From contig JBHHYI010000059.1 of assembly GCA_046757525.1 (NCBI GenBank), positions 1 through 22,911 on the forward strand: DNA of 22,911 nt. Direction: 5' to 3'. Both the position numbers and the translations under genes were made by a program. Of this stretch, positions 15,047 through 22,911 are shown one piece after another (position 1 is the first letter of the stretch; each line of letters begins with the position of its first letter). This DNA comes from a bacterium. Its GTDB lineage: Bacteria; Zhuqueibacterota; Zhuqueibacteria; Oceanimicrobiales; Oceanimicrobiaceae. Under the pieces are notes generated by a model. It made no database searches. It was not told where the DNA came from and worked only from the letters and a program-made list of their open reading frames with translations.

Positions 15047-16117
15047 ATGTTAGGCTTGATTATGGCGGGCGGTTCGGGCACTCGGTTTTGGCCCAGGAGC
15101 CGCCAGAAACATCCTAAGCAACTTTTGAAGATCTTCAATGAAAAGACCATGATTCAGAACACCGTGGAACGGCTGCAGAAGATTGTTCCCACCGACCGGT
15201 TGTTTATCGTGTCCACTCAATCTCAAATCGCTGAAATCAAAAACCAGTTACCTTTCTTAAATGATGACAACTTGATCGTCGAGCCTCGCGGCAAAAACAC
15301 GGCGCCCTGTATTGGCCTCTCGGCGCTGTTTATGGAACGCGTAGACCCTGACGGGGTTATGGTGGTTCTGCCTGCCGACCATCTCATCGAGAACGCACGA
15401 CTTTTTCTAAAATCCTTGAAGGTAGGGGCTAAAGTTGCCCAAGAACAAGGCCGTTTGGTAACCATTGGCATCGAGCCAACTTTTCCGGCAACGGGCTACG
15501 GTTACATTCAATTCAATGAAGAAGTTAGAAAGATGAACGGCATCCCGGTGTGCAAAGTAAAAACATTTGCGGAGAAACCCAACCTGGCCACGGCAAAACG
15601 GTTTCTCAAAACGGGTGATTTTCTTTGGAATAGTGGCATATTTGTCTGGAAAATAAAGGCGATTTTACGGGAAATCGAGGAGTATTTGCCTCACGTCTAC
15701 GACGGCTTGATGGAAATCAGGAAATACATCGGCACCGAGAAGCAGGATGAGGTCATCAAACGCGTGTATTGCCAAATCAAAAGCATCTCCATCGACTATG
15801 GGGTCATGGAACATGCAAAAGACGTGATGGTGTTGCGCGGCAGTTTTGGCTGGAATGATCTGGGCAGTTGGGATGAAGTTTACAAATTGCTGCCGAAGGA
15901 CAAAAACAAAAACGTTCTCCTTGGCAAACACATCATTAAAGACGGAAATGGTTGCTTTATCGATGCGAACGATAAGCTGGTCGCAGTGGTTGGTCTGGAT
16001 AATTTGATCATCGTCGACACCGAGGATGCCATTCTCATCTGTGACAGAAAGCGTGCGCAGGACGTCAAGGAAATCGTTGATATCGCTAAAAGGAAAAAGC
16101 TTAGCCAGTATTTGTGA
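15047..16117 (+). CDS. manC: Mannose-1-phosphate guanylyltransferase
   Basis: IMAGGSGTRFWPRSR..PKQ, EP.GKNTAP, PADH, TGYGYI, FAEKP, WNSG, SIDYGVME, WNDLGSW; GGAG RBS. Confidence 0.96.
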   Translation: MLGLIMAGGSGTRFWPRSRQKHPKQLLKIFNEKTMIQNTVERLQKIVPTDRLFIVSTQSQIAEIKNQLPFLNDDNLIVEPRGKNTAPCIGLSALFMERVDPDGVMVVLPADHLIENARLFLKSLKVGAKVAQEQGRLVTIGIEPTFPATGYGYIQFNEEVRKMNGIPVCKVKTFAEKPNLATAKRFLKTGDFLWNSGIFVWKIKAILREIEEYLPHVYDGLMEIRKYIGTEKQDEVIKRVYCQIKSISIDYGVMEHAKDVMVLRGSFGWNDLGSWDEVYKLLPKDKNKNVLLGKHIIKDGNGCFIDANDKLVAVVGLDNLIIVDTEDAILICDRKRAQDVKEIVDIAKRKKLSQYL

Positions 16118-16126
16118 GTCGAGCGC

Positions 16127-16387
16127 ATGACCAAAGAGGAAATGTTACAACAGCTTGAAGAATTAGCAGAAAGGCTTCCGCTAAGGGTACGTTTTGAGAA
16201 AGGAGATTTCAAGGGGGGGTTGTATCGCTACAAAGACGATGAAGAAATCCTGATCAATAAGGACCTGTCCACGGAACAAAAAATCAACATTATGGCAAAA
16301 GAACTCAAGACAAAATTAGACGTGGAAGGTTTGTACCTTTTGCCCGCATTACGAGAGGTCATTGAAAGTGCAGGTAGTCTGGGGTAA
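16127..16387 (+). CDS. Small hypothetical protein (ImmA/IrrE-like layout lacking HExxH)
   Basis: 86 aa, 9 nt after manC; VRFEKGDFKGG..ILINKDL..MAKEL. Confidence 0.7.
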   Translation: MTKEEMLQQLEELAERLPLRVRFEKGDFKGGLYRYKDDEEILINKDLSTEQKINIMAKELKTKLDVEGLYLLPALREVIESAGSLG

Positions 16388-16424
16388 AAAAAAATCCCTA
16401 AATGTGCTCAAAAAAGGTGAAAAG

Positions 16425-16886
16425 ATGGAGAAGCGTGAACTGGCTAAGTACTTTAGCAAGGAGCTTTTTATTTCGAACTTAGGCGCCGGCACCAAAGAGG
16501 AGTCTCTAAATGAAATAGCCGATCTGTTTGTCGATTCCAAACTCATCAGAAACAAAACGCTTTTCTTGCAGATGTTGCATAAGCGGGAGACTCTGGGCAG
16601 CACAGGCATTGGCAAGGGCATCGCCATTCCGCACGGCAGGACTACCGCAGCCGTAGACGTGAAAATTGCATTCGGTAAATCGGAGAAGGGGATAGATTTC
16701 GAAGCCACAGACAAAAAACCGGTGCACTTGATTTTCATGGTCATCGCGCCACCGCAAGATGAAAACAATCGTTACTTGCCCATACTGGGAAAGTTGGTGG
16801 AAGTGTTGAGCGAAAAAAACAAGCGCCAACAATTGTTGAAAGTACAAACTTACGAAGAGCTAAGCAACATTTTTACAGGGTCCTGA
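16425..16886 (+). CDS. Stand-alone PTS EIIA domain protein (fructose/Ntr type)
   Basis: RETLGSTGIGKGIAIPHGR with phospho-His; GIDF...D.KPVHLIF; AGGTG RBS before ATG 16425. Confidence 0.92.
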   Translation: MEKRELAKYFSKELFISNLGAGTKEESLNEIADLFVDSKLIRNKTLFLQMLHKRETLGSTGIGKGIAIPHGRTTAAVDVKIAFGKSEKGIDFEATDKKPVHLIFMVIAPPQDENNRYLPILGKLVEVLSEKNKRQQLLKVQTYEELSNIFTGS

Positions 16887-17222
16887 ATGTTAAAGAATCA
16901 GCTCGATTTCTTGGTTGCTTTGCAAGATATTGACATCATGATCAGGGACATCGAAGAGGTCAAAGAAATTGGATTTGACGTGACGGGTAGGGAGAAGCTG
17001 CAAGAAGCCCGGGATGAGTTGGTGGGCAAAATCAGCAAACCGCTGTTTTCTAACTATGAAAAACTCAAGAGGCGGTATCGTCGGCCGATCGTTCCTGTCA
17101 AAGACGACGTTTGTCTGGGGTGTTTCATGAGAATTCCAACCTCTCTTTACACCAGAGGACGTTCAGATCAACAAGTAATTACTTGCGAAGGTTGCGGTCG
17201 CATCCTTTACTGGATCGATTAA
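16887..17222 (+). CDS. C4 zinc-ribbon protein (DUF164/zf-RING_7 type), short form
   Basis: LVALQDID N-terminus; YEKL; CLGC...CEGCGRILY; 111 aa. Confidence 0.85.
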   Translation: MLKNQLDFLVALQDIDIMIRDIEEVKEIGFDVTGREKLQEARDELVGKISKPLFSNYEKLKRRYRRPIVPVKDDVCLGCFMRIPTSLYTRGRSDQQVITCEGCGRILYWID

Positions 17223-18340
17223 TCCAAGCTTTTTTCATAAATAACATATTTCTTGTACAGCTTTGCTCCCAGGCCCTGGAGAGCCCGGTTCATCAAGACG
17301 TTGTCTTCTAATATCCAGGAGAATTCAGCCAGCGCGTAGCCCTTCTTTTTTCCACGCGTATAAGTCTCATAATAGAATGTCGGGGCTAATCCTCTTTTCT
17401 TTTGAAATTTTTGCTTAACCCCCAGCGTAATCACTCGGATTCTGTTTATTTTTTTGCGGTTCCAAAGCAACTTGAATATTCCGAATGGCAGCAGTCGGCC
17501 GTTGATTTTTTTCAAGATTTGATTGTAGTCCGGCAAAGCCAAAGAAAAGCCCGCCAATTCACCGTTGACCTCCGCAATATAAACGATGTCTGGATCTGCA
17601 ATGGGTTTGAGTTCTTTGGCCATGTGTTTGAATTCAGCGTCGGTCATGGGCACAAAGCCCCAATTGTTGCTCCAGGCCTCGTTGTAGATCGATTGAATGC
17701 GTTCAACTTCATTCCAGACGTCTTTTAGATTCAAGGTTCTGAAATGGACGCTTTTGTCCTGGAGGGTTTTCTGGGCAAAGCGTGCAAACCGATCGGGGAT
17801 GGGCATGTCGCGGTCGAAATAGTAGGCCAGCAGTTCTTTGGTTTTTCTCAAACCAAAATTTTCCATCAGCCCGAGGTAGTATTCAGGATTGTAGGGCATC
17901 ATGAGCACCGGGCTGGAATCAAAGCCCTGGGCGAGGAAGCCACAGGTTTCATTGGTAGAGAAATTCATTGGGCCGCGCAGGGTGTCCATGCCTCGTTCTT
18001 CAACCCAGGTCTGGGCCCGGCTCAACAGCTCCGTGGCGACCCTGGCATCGTGAATGCTTTCGAAGAAGCCAAAGAATCCGGTTTTTTCATGGTGGTATTT
18101 GTTGTGATTGTTGTTAATGATCGCGGCAATGCGCCCAACGGCAACGCCATGGTTCAGGGCCAGGAAGAGTTCCGCTTCAGAATGCTGGAAAAAAGGATTT
18201 TTCTTGCGGTTGAACATTTTTCTCATATCGATGAGGAGAGGGGCTACCCAGTAGGGATCGTTCCGGTAGATTTTCCAGGGCAGCTTGATGAACTGCTTGA
18301 GTTGTTTCTCGTTCTTTACCGGCACTGTTTCAATGTTCAT
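17219..18340 (-). CDS. GNAT acyltransferase, YghO/bacterial ceramide synthase (bCerS)-like
   Basis: FIKLPWKIY.NDPYWV.PL, NPFF, GRIAA, GFFGFFE, GPMN, PYNPEYY, NWGFVP, SWILEDN..M; directly downstream of spt. Confidence 0.8.
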   Translation of the reverse strand: MNIETVPVKNEKQLKQFIKLPWKIYRNDPYWVAPLLIDMRKMFNRKKNPFFQHSEAELFLALNHGVAVGRIAAIINNNHNKYHHEKTGFFGFFESIHDARVATELLSRAQTWVEERGMDTLRGPMNFSTNETCGFLAQGFDSSPVLMMPYNPEYYLGLMENFGLRKTKELLAYYFDRDMPIPDRFARFAQKTLQDKSVHFRTLNLKDVWNEVERIQSIYNEAWSNNWGFVPMTDAEFKHMAKELKPIADPDIVYIAEVNGELAGFSLALPDYNQILKKINGRLLPFGIFKLLWNRKKINRIRVITLGVKQKFQKKRGLAPTFYYETYTRGKKKGYALAEFSWILEDNVLMNRALQGLGAKLYKKYVIYEKSLD

Positions 18341-18449
18341 TTGACTCGGCCTTGCTTTTGTGAACCACCTTTGCACGCAACGCAAACGTTTCGTTGGCGC
18401 CACCACATAAGACGACCTGCCACGGCGTCGGCAGCGTCTTGCAAATCTC

Positions 18450-18479
18450 AAAAAAAAAGTCGTAGCGATAATCTACGAC
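18450..18479 (-). terminator. Intrinsic terminator between spt and the bCerS-like gene
   Basis: Minus strand GTCGTAG-7nt-CTACGAC followed by T9. Confidence 0.75.
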
Positions 18480-18518
18480 CGTGGCTGCACTGGATTGGTA
18501 ATCGATATACTCCGTGAG

Positions 18519-19703
18519 TTAGATCAATCCAAACTCCTTACCCAATTTGTAAAAGACATCGAGTACCTTGTCTAACTCCTCGTCGGTGTGCGTAGCCATG
18601 TAACTGGTTCGGATCAACGATTTGCCCGGCGGTACAGCGGGCGGGATGGCAGGATTGGCGAACACCCCGTTCTCAAACAGGCGTTTCCAGAAGACAAACG
18701 TATCCATCATCTCGCCGATGACGATGGGAATCACTGGACTTTCGCTACCACAGGTTTTGAAGCCCAATTGGTCAAAGGCGGATTTCATTTTCCGGACATT
18801 GCGCCAGAGGCGGTCTTTTCTCTCTGGTTCGTTTTTTATGATTTCCAGGGCAGCCAGCACCGAGGCGACCGCCGCCGGGGGCATGCTTGCTGAAAAAATC
18901 AGCGCACGGGAGTGGTGTTTGACGTAATCGACGACCTTGGCATTGGCTGCAATAAAACCTCCTAAGGAAGCAAACGACTTGCTGAAGGTACCCATGATGA
19001 TGTCCACATCGTCTTCAAGCCCAAAGTGTTCTGCGGTCCCCCGGCCGTGTTCGCCGAAGACGCCGATGGAGTGCGCGTCATCTACCATGATGCGCGCCCG
19101 GTACTTCTTGGCGATTTCGACTATGCCGGGAAGATTGGTCAGATTGCCCTCCATGCTGAAGACGCCATCTACGACGATCAATTTACCGCTGTCGGGATTG
19201 CTGGCTGCCAACAAGCGCTCTAAGTCGCGCATGTTGTTGTGCTTGAATTTTACCACGCGTCCGAAAGATTGGCGGCATCCGTCCAAGATGCTGGCGTGGT
19301 TGTTGCGATCAGTATAGATGATGTCATCTTTGCCGGCCACAGTGGATATGGTCCCTAAATTGGTTTGGAAGCCAGTGGAAAAAATCAAAGCCGCTTCTTT
19401 TTCCATAAAAGCGGCCAACTTTTCTTCCAATTCTACATGCAAGGACAAGGTGCCGTTGAGGAATCGCGACCCGGTACAGCCGGAGCCGAATTCGTTCACC
19501 GCCTTAATCGCCGCTGCCTTGATGCGAGGATCCTGGGTTAGTCCGAGGTAGTTGTTGGAACCGACCATGATCAGCTTGCGGCCATCGATGACAACCTCCA
19601 TGTCGGCCCCGGACTGTATGGCCTTAAAATAGGGGTACCAGCCTTCATCCTGGAGTTCTCTGGCTTTGGTGAAGTTGTAACATTTGTCAAATAGGTCTGC
19701 CAA
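18519..19703 (-). CDS. spt: Serine palmitoyltransferase (alpha-oxoamine synthase family, PLP)
   Basis: GWYPYF N-terminus, GSNNYLGL, GSGCTGSRFLNG, DDAHS, GTFSKS, LIFSASMPP; GGAGGAG RBS 8 nt before TTG 19703; GNAT and SDR neighbours. Confidence 0.82.
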   Translation of the reverse strand: MADLFDKCYNFTKARELQDEGWYPYFKAIQSGADMEVVIDGRKLIMVGSNNYLGLTQDPRIKAAAIKAVNEFGSGCTGSRFLNGTLSLHVELEEKLAAFMEKEAALIFSTGFQTNLGTISTVAGKDDIIYTDRNNHASILDGCRQSFGRVVKFKHNNMRDLERLLAASNPDSGKLIVVDGVFSMEGNLTNLPGIVEIAKKYRARIMVDDAHSIGVFGEHGRGTAEHFGLEDDVDIIMGTFSKSFASLGGFIAANAKVVDYVKHHSRALIFSASMPPAAVASVLAALEIIKNEPERKDRLWRNVRKMKSAFDQLGFKTCGSESPVIPIVIGEMMDTFVFWKRLFENGVFANPAIPPAVPPGKSLIRTSYMATHTDEELDKVLDVFYKLGKEFGLI

Positions 19704-19752
19704 GATAGGGTCTCCTCCGGCTAATAATAAGGAAAACGATTTTAAAATATAA

Positions 19753-19781
19753 AATATAAACAATGCAAAAGAAGAAAGCAA
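19753..19781 (-). promoter_or_regulatory. Promoter of spt
   Basis: Minus strand TTGCTT(19781-19776)-17-TATATT(19758-19753). Confidence 0.5.
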
Positions 19782-19814
19782 GACAAAAAGTTACAGTTAT
19801 GAAAAATGCCGAGC

Positions 19815-19843
19815 TTGACTATTAGGAATTTTATGATTAAAAT
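19815..19843 (+). promoter_or_regulatory. Promoter of the SDR gene, divergent from spt
   Basis: TTGACT(19815-19820)-17-TAAAAT(19838-19843). Confidence 0.7.
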
Positions 19844-19887
19844 TAGAGTTTTGAAATAATGCCAGACTCTATACGTGGAGATTGGAT

Positions 19888-20871
19888 TTGAACGTTCTTG
19901 TCACAGGAGGTAGAGGCTTCATCGGGAGTTTTCTGGTGGAGCAGTTGCTCGAAAAAGGCTATCAAGTCCGCTGTCTTTTGCGCAACGCAGAAAACGGCCT
20001 CGGCTGGTTGCAAGGTTTGGAGTTTGAGACCTCTGACGGTGACATGACGGATGCCAGGTCGTTGGAAAAGGCTGTTGCTGGCGTGGATTATGTCTTCCAT
20101 TTGGCAGCCTTGACCAAGTCGAGCAGCAAGGCGGAATTCTTTAGAATCAATGTGGAGGGTACCAGAAATTTGTTAAGAGCGGTAGAAAGCCGGGGCTCAG
20201 AACTCAAACGATTTGTCCTGATCTCCAGTCTTGGCGCGGCGGGACCCAGTAGAAACGGGCATCCGATGAAAGAACAAGATCCACCTCGACCCATTTCAAC
20301 TTATGGCGCAAGCAAATTAGAGTCGGAACGGGTGACCCTTGCTTTCGCGGATGCTTTCCCGGTGTCCATCGTGCGCCCGCCAACGGTTTTTGGTCCCCGA
20401 GAAAAGGACGTATTGGGCTACTTCAAGTATATCCGCAACGGTTGGTACCCGGTGTTGACCGGCGGGCCGAGATACAGCAGTCTTATCTACGTGAAAGATT
20501 TAGTTGACGGAATGATTCTAATCGCTGAAAATGAAAAGGCGGCCGGGGATTTGTTTTTTCTGTCCTATGACCAGTATTTTTCCTGGGATGAGCTTGGAGA
20601 GTTGATTGCCAAAACTTTGAACGCCCATCCGCGCCGGCTGGCGGTGCCATTATTTTTGGCCCTAACAGTTTCGCTGGGGTTCGATGTGGCGAGCAGGATC
20701 CTCAAACGCTCCACATTGTTCAGCCTTGAGAAATACCGGGAGTTGAAGGAAACCCATTGGATTTGTGATAGCACCAAGGCCAGAAGGCTTGTCGATTTTC
20801 GCTGCCAGTACTCTTTGGAGCAAGCGATAGAAGAGACGGCCGAATGGTATTTAGAAAATGGCTGGATCTGA
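19888..20871 (+). CDS. Extended SDR / NAD-dependent epimerase-dehydratase; candidate ceramide reductase (CerR-like)
   Basis: TGGRGFIG, HLAA, ISSLGAAGP, YGASK, RPPTVFGP; GGAG RBS fits TTG 19888 better than 19882; the CerR role is inferred from context. Confidence 0.8.
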   Translation: MNVLVTGGRGFIGSFLVEQLLEKGYQVRCLLRNAENGLGWLQGLEFETSDGDMTDARSLEKAVAGVDYVFHLAALTKSSSKAEFFRINVEGTRNLLRAVESRGSELKRFVLISSLGAAGPSRNGHPMKEQDPPRPISTYGASKLESERVTLAFADAFPVSIVRPPTVFGPREKDVLGYFKYIRNGWYPVLTGGPRYSSLIYVKDLVDGMILIAENEKAAGDLFFLSYDQYFSWDELGELIAKTLNAHPRRLAVPLFLALTVSLGFDVASRILKRSTLFSLEKYRELKETHWICDSTKARRLVDFRCQYSLEQAIEETAEWYLENGWI

Positions 20872-20881
20872 TTTCCCAGAA

Positions 20882-21772
20882 TTATTGCAACAGGCGGTAT
20901 ATTTTTTCTTGCAGGGAGTTTGTGTACATGCCGTTAACGCCGTCGGTGCTGGCATGGTTGGTTGAGGCAAGGGCCAGGTATCTTTTCGATTCCAAGAATT
21001 TCCTCAAGCTTTCTTTGGAAATTAAGGGCCAATACAGATAAACTTTGTTTTTCCTGTTTTTCGAACTCATTTCGATCCTGGCGATGCCAAAAAGCGTGAA
21101 TTCGTGGGAGGGAGAGATCTTTTTGCGCGCCACAAATCCCCGCGCTACCATGTCCTCCATGACTTGCCGTAGGTCTTCAGCGGTAATCGGCCAGAGCGTG
21201 TCAACTTGGGCATAAATATCGCTGGGCGTCGCCTCGTGGAGCACCCACAGTCCTTTTAGAATTTCGATTTCGATGTCCTTGGGGATGGGTAATCCAGGTT
21301 CTGAGAAGTGTTTGCGCGGCTCACGCTTTTTGCCGAACAATGCCTTGAGACCCTGGGCTATCAGAGGCGAAATGGGCGCCACCGAGGGCGTGTCGCTGTA
21401 CCTGCGGCGGAGTTCGTCGCCCAGGGGATCCGGCCCTAACGGCGTCAGCGCTTGCAATTCTTCACGGGTCAACAGCAAGTCTAATGCGTGATTGGTTTGC
21501 AACTTAAATTCTACACTGGAGTCATTGGCGACAGCCGAGTAAAGCGCAACCGTGTTCTCTATGAATCTAAACTTGCGTTCGATGAAAAGCTTGGAGTCTC
21601 TGGTTTGGCTGGTGAGTATGTCACTGGCGTTGTCTTCTTGGGCGGAAGTATCCTGCGTGGCTTCGTTTGCAATGGTTTGGCCAGAGGTTTGATTGGTCCA
21701 ATTTAGCCCGAGAATGACCCAGACCAACCCCAAAAACAACTCTTTGCGTTTTCTTGTTAAATTGACTGACAC
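20882..21772 (-). CDS. Hypothetical protein: signal peptide plus C-terminal BlaI/MecI/CopY-like winged-helix domain
   Basis: RKRK-ELFLGLVWVILGL..TSG-Q; EIEILKGLW..ATPSDIY..LRQVMEDMVARGFVARKK..VYLYWPLISKE. Confidence 0.7.
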   Translation of the reverse strand: MSVNLTRKRKELFLGLVWVILGLNWTNQTSGQTIANEATQDTSAQEDNASDILTSQTRDSKLFIERKFRFIENTVALYSAVANDSSVEFKLQTNHALDLLLTREELQALTPLGPDPLGDELRRRYSDTPSVAPISPLIAQGLKALFGKKREPRKHFSEPGLPIPKDIEIEILKGLWVLHEATPSDIYAQVDTLWPITAEDLRQVMEDMVARGFVARKKISPSHEFTLFGIARIEMSSKNRKNKVYLYWPLISKESLRKFLESKRYLALASTNHASTDGVNGMYTNSLQEKIYRLLQ

Positions 21773-21848
21773 AACTGTCTACCTTTCATGTACATTACAC
21801 CTTTTTTAAACAAATAGCCAGAGTTTTATGTTCCACGAACACAATTTC

Positions 21849-21877
21849 TTGATTTTGTTAAGAAAAACGATTATTTT
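21849..21877 (+). promoter_or_regulatory. Probable sigma70 promoter
   Basis: TTGATT(21849-21854)-17-TATTTT(21872-21877). Confidence 0.45.
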
Positions 21878-21911
21878 ATCAGGTGTATGAAAGGCTTGTT
21901 GGAGGATGAGC

Positions 21912-22151
21912 ATGTCGAAAGCAAAAGAGATTGCTGAAGAAAACAAAAAGATGCGGAAGCTGCGCGCGCTTGTCGATTTTGCGGCTGCGGTGCTGTCTCA
22001 AGGGCACCTTGCGCCTGGTGAGGCTCTGGCCCTGGTGGCCGCAACCAAAAAGAGCGTGCTTGCGTTGTTCCCCGACAAAGAGGAAACCTTCGATCTCATT
22101 TACAAGCCGCGTTTTGATCGCATCATCAAAGAACGGTTGCAGTCCAATTGA
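21912..22151 (+). CDS. Small helical hypothetical protein
   Basis: GGAGG RBS 6 nt before ATG 21912; LFPDKEETFDLIYKPRF motif looks conserved. Confidence 0.75.
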   Translation: MSKAKEIAEENKKMRKLRALVDFAAAVLSQGHLAPGEALALVAATKKSVLALFPDKEETFDLIYKPRFDRIIKERLQSN

Positions 22152-22206
22152 CCGGTAGCTGTGGCAAAGTAAGTGCTTTAAAATCAAGGATTGTTGAGAT
22201 TAATGC

Positions 22207-22235
22207 TTGATTTAGATTTTCATAAGCTATACCTT
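22207..22235 (+). promoter_or_regulatory. Probable promoter of the TA pair
   Basis: TTGATT(22207-22212)-17-TACCTT(22230-22235). Confidence 0.45.
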
Positions 22236-22270
22236 GAGAATAGAAATGCATTTGATCCTGGAAGCTTAAT

Positions 22271-22528
22271 ATGCCGACAGTCTTGTATGTCATGGGATGG
22301 CGATTCTTCTTTTATGCCAATGAGGGAAACGAACCGATACATATTCATTGTCGAAAGGCCGAGAAGGAATGCAAATATTGGCTCGATACCGGTAACTTTG
22401 ATGTCGACGAAGCTTACAGTTACAACTTGAGCAACAAGGATAAACGGCAGGTCAAGAAAATTATCTTTGAATATTTTGAACATATTGAAGAAGAATGGAA
22501 TAAATTTCAGAAGGAACGCAAGAAATGA
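22271..22528 (+). CDS. DUF4160 protein (putative toxin)
   Basis: MPTV...GWRFFFYANEGNEPIHIH...CKYWL...IEEEW signature. Confidence 0.9.
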   Translation: MPTVLYVMGWRFFFYANEGNEPIHIHCRKAEKECKYWLDTGNFDVDEAYSYNLSNKDKRQVKKIIFEYFEHIEEEWNKFQKERKK

Positions 22529-22788
22529 AGAAACATCATGAAGTAGAAACCGTCCAATTTCGGGATGACAAAATTAGAATCAAAATTGACGGGCATGAAC
22601 ACGAATTTGAACTTTCGTCTATCTCTGAGAAATTGGCTAATGCTTCAGAGATTGAAAGGCAAAAATACGAGATTTCACCTTCCGGATATGGAATCCATTG
22701 GCCCTTGATTGATGAAGACCTTTCGATCGATGGATTGCTCGGCATACAACACCGCCACCCGGATATCAAGAAAACCGTTCAAGTTTGA
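22525..22788 (+). CDS. DUF2442 protein (putative antitoxin)
   Basis: KLANAS...GYGIHWPLIDEDLSIDGLL; ATGA overlap with DUF4160. Confidence 0.9.
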   Translation: MKKHHEVETVQFRDDKIRIKIDGHEHEFELSSISEKLANASEIERQKYEISPSGYGIHWPLIDEDLSIDGLLGIQHRHPDIKKTVQV

Positions 22789-22841
22789 ATGAATGCACAG
22801 TGATTAGTGTTGTCCTGCATTGGTTACTGCCACACAGCGGC

Positions 22842-22911
22842 AGCTAACCATGGATCAACCTGACGCGAAAGCTGGTGCGCAATTTATAGTTTTGTGCAGT
22901 GCTTAAGTTCG
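22842..22911 (+). mobile_element. Left part of an integron attC-like site, truncated by the window end
   Basis: AGCTAAC (R''-like)-CATGG-ATCAAC-CTGACGCGAAA (L''-like) 53 nt after the TA pair; the right half is not visible. Confidence 0.5.

Noticed and set aside
14835..15053. 72-aa ORF or ops/JUMPstart element in the manC leader
   Set aside because: The ORF has no RBS and runs through the terminator-like hairpin; GAGCGGTGAT does not match the ops consensus GGCGGTAG.
17402..18517. Plus-strand ORFs of 108 and 257 aa
   Set aside because: They are antisense to the GNAT gene and show no recognisable domain.
18519..19703. BioF or Kbl annotation for the PLP enzyme
   Set aside because: YPYF, GTFSKS and the GNAT/SDR context favour SPT, and there are no bio or tdh genes nearby; not formally excluded without a tree.
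1150..19887. N-terminal extensions in the ORF track (moaC, leuD, trxA, reductase, manC, EIIA, GNAT, spt)
   Set aside because: They overlap promoters, terminators or upstream genes; downstream starts have better RBS or family-typical N-termini.
1..22911. CRISPR array, tRNA/rRNA, IS element, integrase or prophage genes
   Set aside because: No repeat-spacer periodicity, cloverleaf, transposase, recombinase or phage protein motifs were seen.

Overview
A 22.9-kb bacterial chromosomal segment. Gene content, CTTGAY-17-TAnnnT promoters and a signal peptide cleaved before Gln suggest an FCB-group or KSB1-like organism (inference only). From left to right it holds: a structured non-coding end; a signal-peptide ORF ending in RAPP; a DUF433 antitoxin with only an 18-codon stub of its PIN toxin; moaC; a mixed operon of orphan leuD, thiolase, hbd, crt, a LeuA-family synthase and DUF5658; dinB; a sigma54-driven Wza-like lipoprotein plus a degenerate Wzc/CapB-like domain; a GT2 with a beta-barrel protein; trxA and a geranylgeranyl-reductase-family flavoprotein; manC, a hypothetical, PTS IIA and a mini zinc-ribbon protein; a probable complete bacterial ceramide core (spt, bCerS-like GNAT, divergent CerR-like SDR); a signal-peptide protein carrying a BlaI/MecI-like winged helix; and a DUF4160-DUF2442 TA pair followed by a truncated attC-like site. 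No rRNA, tRNA, CRISPR array, transposase or integrase was seen. Family calls come from motif recognition by eye; no searches were run.
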